The notes under the pieces are model-generated. The model saw only the letters and a list, made by a program, of their open reading frames with translations, was not told the DNA's origin and did no database searches. This document shows, piece by piece, positions 7,096 to 16,612 of a stretch of DNA of 58,119 nt. The first letter of the stretch is position 1. Each line of letters begins with the position of its first letter. The DNA is from a virus (Duplodnaviria > Caudoviricetes), in IMG/VR virus record IMGVR_UViG_3300029319_000051, positions 1-58,119 of that record, one strand, 5' to 3'. A program made the translations under genes and the position numbers.

Positions 7096-7407
7096 ATGAA
7101 CAACCTATCTACCAACGGCTCTGAGTTTCTTCTTCCAAATGGAAGGCCATACCGTGGTAGGTATCACATTCATGTTCGTCAAGGGGCTATGGTTGGGGCA
7201 ACACACACTTCGGCCCCCCACGCCAGACTAAGACCAGTAAACAGAACTGTAGCTGAAAGGGTAGCTAGCATTCAGCGTCAGCTTAGAGGTCAACAAGCAA
7301 GTGCAAATAAAATTCAATCAACTAGAGCTACCAACCGAAGACTTACAAGAAGGGCACCACAAAGGCGTCCTTCAGCAGGAAGGTCCAGCGGCAGTAGCGG
7401 CTACTAA
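7096..7407 (+). CDS. His-rich motif protein with an Arg-rich tail
   Basis: YRGRYHIH...MVGATH...PH motif. Confidence 0.6.
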   Translation: MNNLSTNGSEFLLPNGRPYRGRYHIHVRQGAMVGATHTSAPHARLRPVNRTVAERVASIQRQLRGQQASANKIQSTRATNRRLTRRAPQRRPSAGRSSGSSGY

Positions 7408-7412
7408 TTAAA

Positions 7413-8018
7413 ATGAAAACACTAGACATTTTTGTTGTTGAGTTAGAAAAAAAACTCAACGACACAATTACCACGGACGGTGGTTTAGAGCTTTATGTAG
7501 ATTCAAGATTTAATGAATTTGAACATAGAGTAAATGAGGCGACCGTTGTGTGTTCTCCTTTGAAACACAATACAGGAGTTAAAGTTGGTGATACACTATA
7601 CTTTCACCACCTCGTTGTAATCAATGATGGTCAACCTTTAACTGGTAATGACAACCACTATCTTGTTCGTTACGACCCAGATCATACTGTAAACAACCAA
7701 GCTATAGCATATAAGAGTGCAAAAAGTGGACACATATATAGTCTTGGCGGTTGGACTCTTCTCTCGCCTGTTGAAGAAGGTCCTGATCCTGGGGAACAAA
7801 GCGACCTTATCGAAGTGGTCAAGCTTACCGACTCTCCTGTTCGCAAAGCTCGCGTTGCTTTTAACGCTCCTTGGATTGAAGAGCTTGGGCTCTCTGTTGG
7901 CGATGTGGTGGGCATTAAGAAGAACAGAGACTACGAGCTAACCATTGACGGCAACAAGTACTTTAGAGTTAGAGCTGAAGATATCCTTTATGTCGAAGAA
8001 GAAGTTCACAACGATTGA
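7413..8018 (+). CDS. GroES/Cpn10-like co-chaperonin with two tandem domains
   Basis: Two GroES-type signatures: VKVGDTLYF and LSVGDVVGI...YELTIDGNKYFRVRAEDIL. Confidence 0.7.
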   Translation: MKTLDIFVVELEKKLNDTITTDGGLELYVDSRFNEFEHRVNEATVVCSPLKHNTGVKVGDTLYFHHLVVINDGQPLTGNDNHYLVRYDPDHTVNNQAIAYKSAKSGHIYSLGGWTLLSPVEEGPDPGEQSDLIEVVKLTDSPVRKARVAFNAPWIEELGLSVGDVVGIKKNRDYELTIDGNKYFRVRAEDILYVEEEVHND

Positions 8019-8280
8019 CGCCGCCGAGCGCCTTATGAAGTCGATGGAGGTCGCTATAGACAACATGATCGACGAAGTAAGAAAGCCTGTTGATCCTGAG
8101 ATCAACGGTAGCGCACGTAAAGCTGAGCTTCAGTCCATCAAGCAAACAGCTACAGATTGCAAAGAACTGATCGTTGAAAGACAGCGATTAGAGCAAATGA
8201 TAAAAGACCTACAAACAAATGGAGGAATCGAAGAAGCCAAAGACTACAGCGGAGGTTTCGCTGAGAGATACTCTAAATGA
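7990..8280 (+). CDS. Putative terminase small subunit
   Basis: Helical 96-aa protein upstream of TerL; ATG at 7990. Function inferred from position. Confidence 0.45.
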   Translation: MSKKKFTTIDAAERLMKSMEVAIDNMIDEVRKPVDPEINGSARKAELQSIKQTATDCKELIVERQRLEQMIKDLQTNGGIEEAKDYSGGFAERYSK

Positions 8281-8362
8281 TTGGAAAGAGATAGTATGGC
8301 AGTACAATAGAACAGATTTTAAGTTCTGGGAGGATTCCTGGAACGATGAGTTCGAGGACTGA
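8219..8362 (+). CDS. Small Trp/acid-rich hypothetical protein (47 aa)
   Basis: Read manually (MEESKKP...DWKEIVWQYNRTDFKFWEDSWNDEFED); overlaps the previous gene end. Confidence 0.35.
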   Translation: MEESKKPKTTAEVSLRDTLNDWKEIVWQYNRTDFKFWEDSWNDEFED

Positions 8363-8410
8363 GTTGTTGGTTTTCGTCAGGCGGCCCTCTACGCAAATGG
8401 GCTTATCAAC

Positions 8411-8484
8411 TGGGGCGTAGTTCAGTTGGTTAGAGCGTCTGTCTTATACACAGGAAGTCGCGGGTTCAAGTCCCGCCGCCCCAA
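8411..8484 (+). tRNA. tRNA-Ile, anticodon UAU
   Basis: Cloverleaf: TGGGGCG/CGCCCCA acceptor stem, TCTGT-CT-TAT-AC-ACAGG anticodon arm, GGTTCAAGTCC T arm; CCA not encoded. Confidence 0.92.
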
Positions 8485-8492
8485 CAATTTAT

Positions 8493-8500
8493 TATATTTG
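8493..8500 (+). promoter_or_regulatory. Bacteroidetes -7 promoter element
   Basis: TATATTTG, 4 nt before the ATG at 8505. Confidence 0.75.
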
Positions 8501-8504
8501 CAAT

Positions 8505-8732
8505 ATGAAAGTCAAAAAGCGAGACTACAAGAAGGAATATGCTAAGTATGGCAAAGGCGGCAAAGCCAAGCGATACAGGGCCCTCTTGAATCGCATCAAT
8601 CGCCGCAAGGGTACTTACGGCAATGGCGATGGTCTCGACGAAGCCCATGTAGGGTCGTCTGACAAGACTGCACCTCAGCCCGAATCTAAGAACAGAGCAA
8701 ACAATAGACCTAAGCGAAGACGCAGCAGGTAA
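8505..8732 (+). CDS. Small basic HNH-like protein, probably degenerate
   Basis: RDYKKEY...GDGLDEAH...SKNRA resembles short phage HNH-like proteins. Confidence 0.55.
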   Translation: MKVKKRDYKKEYAKYGKGGKAKRYRALLNRINRRKGTYGNGDGLDEAHVGSSDKTAPQPESKNRANNRPKRRRSR

Positions 8733-8738
8733 TCCTAT

Positions 8739-8812
8739 GCGCTCGTAGCTCAGTTGGATAGAGCATCTGCCTTCTAAGCAGACGGTCACAGGTTCGAATC
8801 CTGTCGGGCGTA
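8739..8812 (+). tRNA. tRNA-Arg, anticodon UCU
   Basis: Cloverleaf: GCGCTCG/CGGGCGT acceptor stem, TCTGC-CT-TCT-AA-GCAGA anticodon arm, GGTTCGAATCC T arm. Confidence 0.95.
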
Positions 8813-8826
8813 CAAAATTTAATACA

Positions 8827-8958
8827 ATGGCTAAAGTTAAAGTAAGCACTTACACTGCAAAGACTGTTAGAAGAAAAGGCGTTCACGCTAAGACAAAGCA
8901 GTCTAAGAACAAAAATTCAAAGAACTACAAGAAGCCTTATGCTTCACAAGGACGTTAA
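8827..8958 (+). CDS. Small basic protein (43 aa, ...RKGVHAKTKQSKNKNSKNYKKPYASQGR)
   Basis: Read manually; fills the gap exactly and ends in a YxxQG motif typical of marine phage peptides. Confidence 0.7.
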   Translation: MAKVKVSTYTAKTVRRKGVHAKTKQSKNKNSKNYKKPYASQGR

Positions 8959-8960
8959 TT

Positions 8961-9146
8961 ATGGCTGAATACATTTGCAAGTGTGAAGAAAAGCACGAAG
9001 ACTCTAAAAGCGGCGTTTCTATTAAGTTTGGGAATGACGGCGCTTATCACGACATCAAGTGTCCCTGCGGCAAATACATGGAGCTAAAGAACCCTAAGTC
9101 TGGAGCTCCTAGCTTTAGAAGCAACAGGTATGGACAAGTATTCTGA
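8961..9146 (+). CDS. Zinc-ribbon (FmdB-like) protein
   Basis: YICKC...CPCG cysteine pairs. Confidence 0.6.
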   Translation: MAEYICKCEEKHEDSKSGVSIKFGNDGAYHDIKCPCGKYMELKNPKSGAPSFRSNRYGQVF

Positions 9147-11238
9147 TGAGGACATTATCCGAATTTGTCCCAAGGGTACGGAAGGTGAAGTTCTTGAGAT
9201 CGGTGGGTTACTCATTGCACTTCCCGCTCAGCCTCCCGAGAAAGAAATTACAGGATATGGCCGTCCAGACGACATGCAGCTGTGGGAGAGGATTCCTATG
9301 CCACAAGAGCTGTCTCGGATTAAGTCTATGGATGAGTGGGGGGAGATGCCAAGGGAGTTTCGACAGAAGTTTTCTCCGTATATCGAGGAGGAGTTTCGCC
9401 GCAGGCGTGAAGGCTTTTGGTTTTTCAATGCAGGTGAGCCTACATATATTACGGGCAGGCATTACATGATGCTGCAATGGACCCGAATGGACATTGGGTA
9501 TCCAGATTATTTAGAGTTCCAAAGAGAAATTTTCTTACATTTGTGTGCGTGTGAGGCGGACCCACGCTGCATAGGGCAGCTGTACACCAAGTGCAGGCGT
9601 AGCGGATACACGAATATCTGCTCGTCTGTTCTTCTCGACGAGGCCACACAAGTCAAAGACAAGCTTCTGGGGATACAGTCAAAGACTGGTAAGGACGCCC
9701 AGGAGAATATATTCATGAAGAAGGTCGTGCAGATGTTCAGGCACTACCCCTTTTTCTTTAAACCTATTCAGGATGGAACGACCAATCCGCGCATGGAGCT
9801 GGCTTTTCGCGAGCCGTCTAAGAGAATCACGAAGAACAATAAGACTACGCAGAAGGGCGAGGCTCTTAATACGGTCATAAACTGGAAGAATACCACCAAC
9901 AACGCATACGATGGTGAGAAACTTCACTTGTTGTATCTAGATGAGGCTGGTAAGTGGGAGAAGCCTACGGACATAAGAGATGCCTGGAGGATACAGAGAA
10001 CCTGCTTGATCGTTGGCAGAAAGATTGTGGGAAAGGCCATGGTGGGGAGTACAGTAAACCCCATGGACAAAGGTGGGAAGGAGTACAAAGATCTCTGGAA
10101 AGATTCAGATCCCAACGAAAGAAACAAAAACGGGAGAACTAGAAGTGGCCTATACAGGCTGTTTATACCTGCTTACGATTCTCTAGAAGGGTTTTTTGAC
10201 AAACACGGTAGAGCTATTCACTCTGACCCAGAAGAGGTTGTTGCTGGCCTTGATGGGGAAGATATTGTCTTTGGGGCAAAGACTTACCTAAAGAATGAAA
10301 GAGAAAACCTCAAGAATGACGCTTCTGAGCTCAACGAGGTTATCAGGCAGTTCCCGTTCACAGAGGATGAAGCCTTTAGAGATAGCATTGATGGTAGTCT
10401 ATTTAATGTCGGACACATCTATGAGCAGATTCAATACAACGATGAACTGTTTCCAAACCCGATCGTAAGGGGTAACTTTGTTTGGAAAGGAGGGGTTCAG
10501 GACACCGAGGTTGTATTTAAGCCTGATGCCAACGGCAGGTTTAGAATAGCATGGATGCCTCCAGTAGAGCTGAGGAATCAAAAAAAGTTTGAAAGAAACA
10601 AACGCATTGCGCCTAATGCAGAGCTGGGGGTAGGCGGGGTTGACTCTTACGACCTTGACGCCACCGTCGATGGACGGGGGTCTAAGGGGGCACTACATCT
10701 GTACAACAAGTTTCACATGCAGCATCCTGCAAACATGTTTGTATTGGAGTATGCGTCCCGTCCGCCTTTGGCTAAAATATTTTATGAAGACTGCTTGATG
10801 GCTGCTGTTTTCTACGGTTACCCACTCTTAATTGAAAACAATAAGTACGGCATTGCAAGACACTTTGAGTCAAGGGGTTATGATGGTTACTTAATGGATA
10901 GGCCTCGCCACTTGATGAGCGCAAATGCTAAGGTAAATGTAAAAACCAAAGGCATACCCTCAAACTCTCAAGACGTAATCCAGGCTCATGCTCATGCCAT
11001 TGAGGAATACATACACAACAACGTTGGAGTCAACAGAGAAACTGGGGATTACGGCAAGATGTATTTCAACAGAACTTTAGAAGATTGGATTGGATTTAAA
11101 ATCAACGATCGAACTAAGTTTGACTTGACAATTAGCTCTGGCCTGTGTCTTCTTGCCGCACAAAAAGCAAGGGTAAAAAAGAAAGAATCCAAGTTTGATG
11201 AAAAGCGTTTTTTCCGCAGATATGAGGTACGCGGATGA
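9130..11238 (+). CDS. terL: Terminase large subunit
   Basis: Walker A-like KCRRSGYT, Walker B LLYLDE, motif III GST, RNase H-type nuclease GGVDSYD; directly upstream of the portal. Confidence 0.93.
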   Translation: MDKYSDEDIIRICPKGTEGEVLEIGGLLIALPAQPPEKEITGYGRPDDMQLWERIPMPQELSRIKSMDEWGEMPREFRQKFSPYIEEEFRRRREGFWFFNAGEPTYITGRHYMMLQWTRMDIGYPDYLEFQREIFLHLCACEADPRCIGQLYTKCRRSGYTNICSSVLLDEATQVKDKLLGIQSKTGKDAQENIFMKKVVQMFRHYPFFFKPIQDGTTNPRMELAFREPSKRITKNNKTTQKGEALNTVINWKNTTNNAYDGEKLHLLYLDEAGKWEKPTDIRDAWRIQRTCLIVGRKIVGKAMVGSTVNPMDKGGKEYKDLWKDSDPNERNKNGRTRSGLYRLFIPAYDSLEGFFDKHGRAIHSDPEEVVAGLDGEDIVFGAKTYLKNERENLKNDASELNEVIRQFPFTEDEAFRDSIDGSLFNVGHIYEQIQYNDELFPNPIVRGNFVWKGGVQDTEVVFKPDANGRFRIAWMPPVELRNQKKFERNKRIAPNAELGVGGVDSYDLDATVDGRGSKGALHLYNKFHMQHPANMFVLEYASRPPLAKIFYEDCLMAAVFYGYPLLIENNKYGIARHFESRGYDGYLMDRPRHLMSANAKVNVKTKGIPSNSQDVIQAHAHAIEEYIHNNVGVNRETGDYGKMYFNRTLEDWIGFKINDRTKFDLTISSGLCLLAAQKARVKKKESKFDEKRFFRRYEVRG

Positions 11239-11243
11239 TTTGT

Positions 11244-11251
11244 TATATTTG
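11244..11251 (+). promoter_or_regulatory. Bacteroidetes -7 promoter element
   Basis: TATATTTG between terL and the portal gene. Confidence 0.75.
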
Positions 11252-11268
11252 CACTAAATCAGCTGTAA

Positions 11269-13689
11269 ATGTACAATAAAGAGAACTCTAAGTCTGGTTT
11301 CCCAGATCCTCTTGCTAGTTCTATAGAGAAACAAGACAAGAGCTACGGGCTGCAATATGCAAAGGCCATTGAGGGGCAGTGGGGCAAAATGACCGACAAG
11401 AGTTCTTTGTATGGTAGCAGAAACGAGATATTCAAAAGAAACAGGCACTACGCCAACGGTACTCAAGACACTACCATATATAAGAAGCTTTTGACTTCTT
11501 TGAATCCAAATGATGGAGAGGGTAGTTTGTTGAACTTGGATTACACTCCAGTTCCTATTCTGCCAAAATTTGTGCGTATTGTAGTCAATAAGATTCTTTC
11601 TCGCAATCCATACCCCAACCTTGAAGCTGTTGATCCACTTTCTTCTTCTGAAAAGAACAAGCAAAAGCAAAGACTAAGAACTCAAGTAGCTTTAAAAAAA
11701 GATCTTCAAAACTTAAAACAGAAAACTGGGGGGTTGGTTTTAGATGTAGATCCAGATCAGCTGCCAGACTCATTAGAGGAAGCAGATATCTTTTTGGACA
11801 CAAACATAAAAACTGACGCTGAAGTTGCGGCACAGGTCGCAACAAATATGACTCTGTCATGGAACAACTTTAATGACGGCACATACAGGCGTTGTGTTAA
11901 TGATCTGGCTGCGCTCGGTATGGCCGTTGTTAAAAGAAACAACGATCCCAACTATGGCATAAGCACCGAGTATGTCGATCCTGCAATGTTTATTCACGGA
12001 TATACAGAGGATCCTTTTTTTGAAGACATTGTTTATGCAGGTCACATTAAAGAAATGACAGTTAGTGAGTTAAAGAGACTTGCTGGCAACGAGCTTTCTG
12101 ATGATGATTTGAAAAAAATCTTGAAGGTTGCTTCAAAAAGATCAGACAAATATTCCCCATATAACGACTATAGAAGCTACAACTCCAAGAATGATTACAG
12201 CCAGTACATGGTTCAGGTCTTGGACTTCGAGTTTATTTCTGTAGACTGCATGCACTTTCAAGAAAAACAAAACCGCCACGGAAACGTAGGGTTTTACTAT
12301 GAAGGCTTTCAGTTTAAAGAGCGTCAAGGATCTGTTTACGAGCGCATACCACATAAGATGGAGATGCAAATGCTTTACGGGGGGACCTATGTGTTGGGTA
12401 CAAACTACATAGTCAACTATGGCAAGAGCGCCAACGTTCCTAAAAACGTTCACGACTTGTCTCGGTGTAAGCTTTCATACTCTCCTGTTGCCACCAATTT
12501 AATGGACAACATGCCAAAGTCTATGGTTGATAGCTGTGTTGGGTTTGCAGATATGTTGCAGATTACTCATCTTAAGCTTCAGCAAGCTATTGCTAAGGCT
12601 AAACCTGATGGACTTATCATTGATATTGAGGGTCTAGAGAATGTGCAGCTTGGTAAGGGGGGAGAGCTTCAACCACTAGAGCTTCATGACATTTATGAGC
12701 AGACTGGTGTTTTTTATTACAGAAGTAAAAATCCAGAGGGTGGCTTTCAAAACCCTCCAGTCAGAGAGCTTGGAAACAGCATTAGAAATATCAATGAGCT
12801 TATTGGGTTGTACAACCACTACTTAAGACTGATTAGGGATACGACAGGCATCAATGAAGCTATGGATGCCAGCTCACCTAAGGGTGATGCCCTCGTGGGA
12901 GTTAGGCAGCAAGCCATCTCTGCTGGCAACAATGCTATCTATGATATTACAAACTCAGCGATGGTGCTCTTCAAAAAAGTTTGCGAAGACATTGTCAAGT
13001 GCATACAGATTATACCAGAGGATTCTGTTTTGATGAAGGTCTATCAAAATGCTATTGGAGAGACCAACATGAAAGTCCTTTCTTCTTTTAGTGATCTTCC
13101 CATGTATAACTTTGGGGTTCAGGTTCACAAAGAGATGGAGGACGAAGAAAAGCAGTACCTGGAGCAAAACATTCAAGTTGCGTTAGCTCAGAAAGAAATA
13201 GATCTTGAAGACGCTATTTCTATTAGAGATCTCAAAGACATAAACCAAGCAGAGCGTTTGTTGATTGTAAGGAGAAAGAAAAGAATGAAGCAGCAGCAAG
13301 AGATTGCTATGCAGAACTCTCAGATGCAATCTCAGCAGGCCCAGCAAGCTGCCATGTCTGCCAGCCAAGCTAGACAGCAAGAAATGCAAATGGAGTCACA
13401 ACTCAAGGCTCAAGAGATGCAAATGAAAAACCAGCTAGAGGCACAGCTGGAGGGCGTCAAGCATGAGTTTAGAAAAGAGATAGAAATAATTAGAGCTCAG
13501 GCCACTCTTGGATTCAAGACCGATGATCAAGAATTTAAAGAAAAAATAGAGATTCTTAAGGAGGATAGAAAAGACGAGAGGGTTGACAAACAGGCATCAA
13601 AGCAATCTAAGCTTATCTCACAAAGAAAAGGTGAGAGAGGTGAGTTAGAGGAGGCTAGCTCTGGATTTGATATAAGCGAAATGTTATAA
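11269..13689 (+). CDS. Portal protein
   Basis: 806 aa after TerL; PVPILPKFVRIVVN motif and Gln-rich C-terminal coiled coil as in crAss/P22-type portals. Confidence 0.88.
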   Translation: MYNKENSKSGFPDPLASSIEKQDKSYGLQYAKAIEGQWGKMTDKSSLYGSRNEIFKRNRHYANGTQDTTIYKKLLTSLNPNDGEGSLLNLDYTPVPILPKFVRIVVNKILSRNPYPNLEAVDPLSSSEKNKQKQRLRTQVALKKDLQNLKQKTGGLVLDVDPDQLPDSLEEADIFLDTNIKTDAEVAAQVATNMTLSWNNFNDGTYRRCVNDLAALGMAVVKRNNDPNYGISTEYVDPAMFIHGYTEDPFFEDIVYAGHIKEMTVSELKRLAGNELSDDDLKKILKVASKRSDKYSPYNDYRSYNSKNDYSQYMVQVLDFEFISVDCMHFQEKQNRHGNVGFYYEGFQFKERQGSVYERIPHKMEMQMLYGGTYVLGTNYIVNYGKSANVPKNVHDLSRCKLSYSPVATNLMDNMPKSMVDSCVGFADMLQITHLKLQQAIAKAKPDGLIIDIEGLENVQLGKGGELQPLELHDIYEQTGVFYYRSKNPEGGFQNPPVRELGNSIRNINELIGLYNHYLRLIRDTTGINEAMDASSPKGDALVGVRQQAISAGNNAIYDITNSAMVLFKKVCEDIVKCIQIIPEDSVLMKVYQNAIGETNMKVLSSFSDLPMYNFGVQVHKEMEDEEKQYLEQNIQVALAQKEIDLEDAISIRDLKDINQAERLLIVRRKKRMKQQQEIAMQNSQMQSQQAQQAAMSASQARQQEMQMESQLKAQEMQMKNQLEAQLEGVKHEFRKEIEIIRAQATLGFKTDDQEFKEKIEILKEDRKDERVDKQASKQSKLISQRKGERGELEEASSGFDISEML

Positions 13690-13691
13690 CA

Positions 13692-14117
13692 ATGGCAAGT
13701 AAACTAAACTTAGACGTATCTGAGAAGCTCGATATTACCTGCAAGAAGGGTGATACTTTTAATCTTGCTTTGTTGTTGAAAGATTCATCAGGCACAGCCC
13801 TAACTCTTAGCACCTCTAACTATGAGTTTTTGATGCAGGTTAGAGGCAGGAAGTCTGGAGCTCGCAAGCTAAGACCTCTTATTATGGGCACTGCTTCAAA
13901 AGGCAAGTCGGCAGAAACTAGAGAGGGTGTCAACAATTTTACTGTTACTATAGACGACAGCGGAAACGCAACCTTTTCTGCTTCTGACAAAATCATGTCT
14001 AGGATTGCTGCTGGCAGATACGTATACGACATTCAACAAACAGTGAATGAGGTATCAACCACTATTCTTGAGGGCAACTTTATTGTGAATGATGATATCT
14101 CAAATCCTGATTCATAA
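13692..14117 (+). CDS. Tail fibre adaptor-like protein (BppU-like)
   Basis: GDTF...GRYVYDIQ...ILEGNFIV pattern; precedes the fibre gene. Confidence 0.6.
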   Translation: MASKLNLDVSEKLDITCKKGDTFNLALLLKDSSGTALTLSTSNYEFLMQVRGRKSGARKLRPLIMGTASKGKSAETREGVNNFTVTIDDSGNATFSASDKIMSRIAAGRYVYDIQQTVNEVSTTILEGNFIVNDDISNPDS

Positions 14118-15406
14118 TGTCTATAACTGTAAATTCATCTGCATCAAACACCATAACCATAACGGCCAGTACGCCAAGCACAACAACAGTTCTTGGCAAG
14201 GGCGTTAAGGGCGATAAGGGTGACACTGGAGCTACAGGAGCTACTGGGGCCACTGGACCAGCTGGTGCCGACGGCACTTCCCCCAACGCTTTTACCACAA
14301 TAGCGGTAGCTGGACAAGACAATGTCGTTGCAGATGGCACAAGCGACACCCTAACTATTGCTGGTGGGTCTAACGTTACTGTGACAACTAACGCTTCAAG
14401 CGATACAGTAACTATAGCCTCTACCGATACGAACACTCAGCTTAGCACTGAGGAGGTTCAAGACATCGTGGGGGCTATGTTTACTGGCAACACAGAGACT
14501 CGTATTGCTGCAACGTATGAAGACTCTGACGGCACTATTGATTTGGTGGTGGATGCCATCCCTGTTGATCTTACTTCTGACGGGGCTGGAACCATTCACG
14601 CAAACAATGTCCCCACACTAAATCAAAACACTAGCGGAACAGCAGCTGGACTTTCGTCAACGTTGGCTGTAAGTAGCGGGGGCACAGGTGCCACTACACT
14701 TACAGATAACGCTGTTCTTACTGGCACAGGAACTAGCGCTATCACTGCTGAAGCAAACTTGACCTTTTCAAGCGACACGCTTACTATTGGAGCTGCCAGT
14801 GAGATTACGCCTACTATTTCGCTAGTCAATGACGAAAATACAGCTGTCATAGCTATAGCTGACTCTACCAATAATTTGTTGTTTGGAGTTTCAGATGGTG
14901 ACTTGTTAATTGAGTCTGAAGGCGACCACAGCGTTGTGATTGGTCAGAACGATACCATACACATCAAAGTTACGGCTAAGGGGGCTGAAATAAATAAAAG
15001 GCACTTTCAAGTAACAAGTAACATAGACGGAGATCATGATGGAGATGTCGTGTATCTAGGCAGCACAACCTCTATGACAAGAGGTGCTTTGTATCACTTT
15101 AAGTCTGATGGCACATGGGAACTTGCCGACGCTAATGCAGTTTCAACTTGTGATGGATTGCTTGGGATTGCTCTTGGCACCTCATCTGATTCTAATGGTG
15201 TTTTGCTTCGCGGCATGGTAACTATTGATCACGACCCAGGGGCTGTAGGTGACGTCTTATTTGTTTCTACGACACCAGGAGATATTACATCTACACCTCC
15301 TTCTGGAAATCAAGATGTAGTTAGAGTGGTTGGATATTGTCTTGACGCATCAAATGGTCAGATCTGGTTTAATCCAGACGGAACGTTTGTAGAGGTTAGT
15401 GCATAA
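14117..15406 (+). CDS. Tail fibre protein with a collagen-like segment
   Basis: G-X-Y run GVKGDKGDTGATGATGATGPAGADG, Thr/Ser/Gly-rich shaft, C-terminal VRVVGYC..WFNPD domain. Confidence 0.75.
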   Translation: MSITVNSSASNTITITASTPSTTTVLGKGVKGDKGDTGATGATGATGPAGADGTSPNAFTTIAVAGQDNVVADGTSDTLTIAGGSNVTVTTNASSDTVTIASTDTNTQLSTEEVQDIVGAMFTGNTETRIAATYEDSDGTIDLVVDAIPVDLTSDGAGTIHANNVPTLNQNTSGTAAGLSSTLAVSSGGTGATTLTDNAVLTGTGTSAITAEANLTFSSDTLTIGAASEITPTISLVNDENTAVIAIADSTNNLLFGVSDGDLLIESEGDHSVVIGQNDTIHIKVTAKGAEINKRHFQVTSNIDGDHDGDVVYLGSTTSMTRGALYHFKSDGTWELADANAVSTCDGLLGIALGTSSDSNGVLLRGMVTIDHDPGAVGDVLFVSTTPGDITSTPPSGNQDVVRVVGYCLDASNGQIWFNPDGTFVEVSA

Positions 15407-16369
15407 ATGAGCATAAATAAAATATCCTTTGTCGATTTTTCTTCGATAAGTAAAGTCTCTGGTGTAGCCAAGGCAAATGTATCAAAGGTTTTAGGAGTTT
15501 CTGCCCCTGTTGCTTTTTCTAACACAAAATCTCTAAGCACTGACGGTGTTAACGATTTCTTTGAGATAAGCCTTGGATCTGATATCATACCTCACACTGC
15601 TGGGTCTATTTCCTATTGGGTAAAAGTCGATGCTAACGAGCAAGGAAGTGTAAGGTTTTTCAGCATCTTTGATTCTTCCCAAACTACGTCTGGGAGGATT
15701 GATATGTTTTTTTTCGGTCAAAGCGGCACCACAGTCAAAGGGCTTATTGCCACCTACAGAGATGAAACCAGTGACGGTACATTTGCTGGAAGGTTTTGTG
15801 CGACACGGACAGGTAGCTCTCACCTAGGAAAAGCATGGAGTAGGGTTACAAGTGACCACGGTGACTTTGGCTCTGCCTCAGACAGCATGTACAATGCGGC
15901 AAACATGAGGGGTGTTTGGAAGCATGTTGTTTTGACGTGGGATACCTCTGCGTCTTACACAAATCCTAGCACTTCTGTTACTTACTCAGGCGCTATGAAA
16001 ATTTATGTTGATGGAGTCCTTAGGGGTGAAGGGCAGTCAAACTTTCCGTCACACAACACCACTGGAACTTCCCACAATCTTGTCGGTATAGATTCAGGAA
16101 CTGTTTTTGACACTATAAGAATAGGAGCGAACTTTAATGACTCTCAACACATGGATGCCCTCATAGATGAGTGGGCTTTGTTTGATAAGGTGTTGAGCGC
16201 AAGTGAGGTTTCAAATATTTACAACTCTGGAGTTCCTGCTGATCTTTCTGGAGAATCTGATTTGATTGGATGGTGGAGATTTGAAGATGACACTAGCGAC
16301 TCTTCGTCTAACTCTAATTCAGGAACTCTAACCAATGGAGCTACATTTAGTTCTACGACACCATCATGA
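15407..16369 (+). CDS. LamG/concanavalin A-like lectin domain virion protein
   Basis: SISYWVK, WKHVVLTW, KIYVDG, IDEWALFDKVLS and WWRFE motifs. Confidence 0.8.
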   Translation: MSINKISFVDFSSISKVSGVAKANVSKVLGVSAPVAFSNTKSLSTDGVNDFFEISLGSDIIPHTAGSISYWVKVDANEQGSVRFFSIFDSSQTTSGRIDMFFFGQSGTTVKGLIATYRDETSDGTFAGRFCATRTGSSHLGKAWSRVTSDHGDFGSASDSMYNAANMRGVWKHVVLTWDTSASYTNPSTSVTYSGAMKIYVDGVLRGEGQSNFPSHNTTGTSHNLVGIDSGTVFDTIRIGANFNDSQHMDALIDEWALFDKVLSASEVSNIYNSGVPADLSGESDLIGWWRFEDDTSDSSSNSNSGTLTNGATFSSTTPS

Positions 16370-16599
16370 GTACTTACTGCATTATCAATTCCTCTGAAGT
16401 ATCTTCTCTTGATTTTTCGCAAATTCAAGACGATAGCGTAAACACTCTTCGATACAGTTTAGATCAAACTCAAGTTGTAGTGGAGTATCTGGGAGACCAG
16501 CCATCATTCCTGTCTGGCAAAACAGAATACACTCACTCTGAAATTTTGGCTATCATAAATGACTATGATCAGGGTTGGAAAGACCAAAGTGTAGAATAG
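16366..16599 (+). CDS. Small fibre-associated protein
   Basis: 77 aa; DFSQ...LRYSLD...P.FL...YTHSEIL pattern; coupled to the LamG gene. Confidence 0.65.
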   Translation: MSTYCIINSSEVSSLDFSQIQDDSVNTLRYSLDQTQVVVEYLGDQPSFLSGKTEYTHSEILAIINDYDQGWKDQSVE

Positions 16600-16600
16600 T

Positions 16601-16608
16601 TATATTTG
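16601..16608 (+). promoter_or_regulatory. Bacteroidetes -7 promoter element
   Basis: TATATTTG, 4 nt before the ATG at 16613. Confidence 0.75.
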
Positions 16609-16612
16609 CATT

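Noticed and set aside
8362-8490. tmRNA (pseudoknot next to a GGGGC-starting tRNA-like domain)
   Set aside because: The tRNA has a complete anticodon arm, the region is too short, and there is no tag reading frame.
8466-8849. 127-aa minus-strand ORF
   Set aside because: Antisense to two tRNAs and a plus-strand gene; a shadow ORF.
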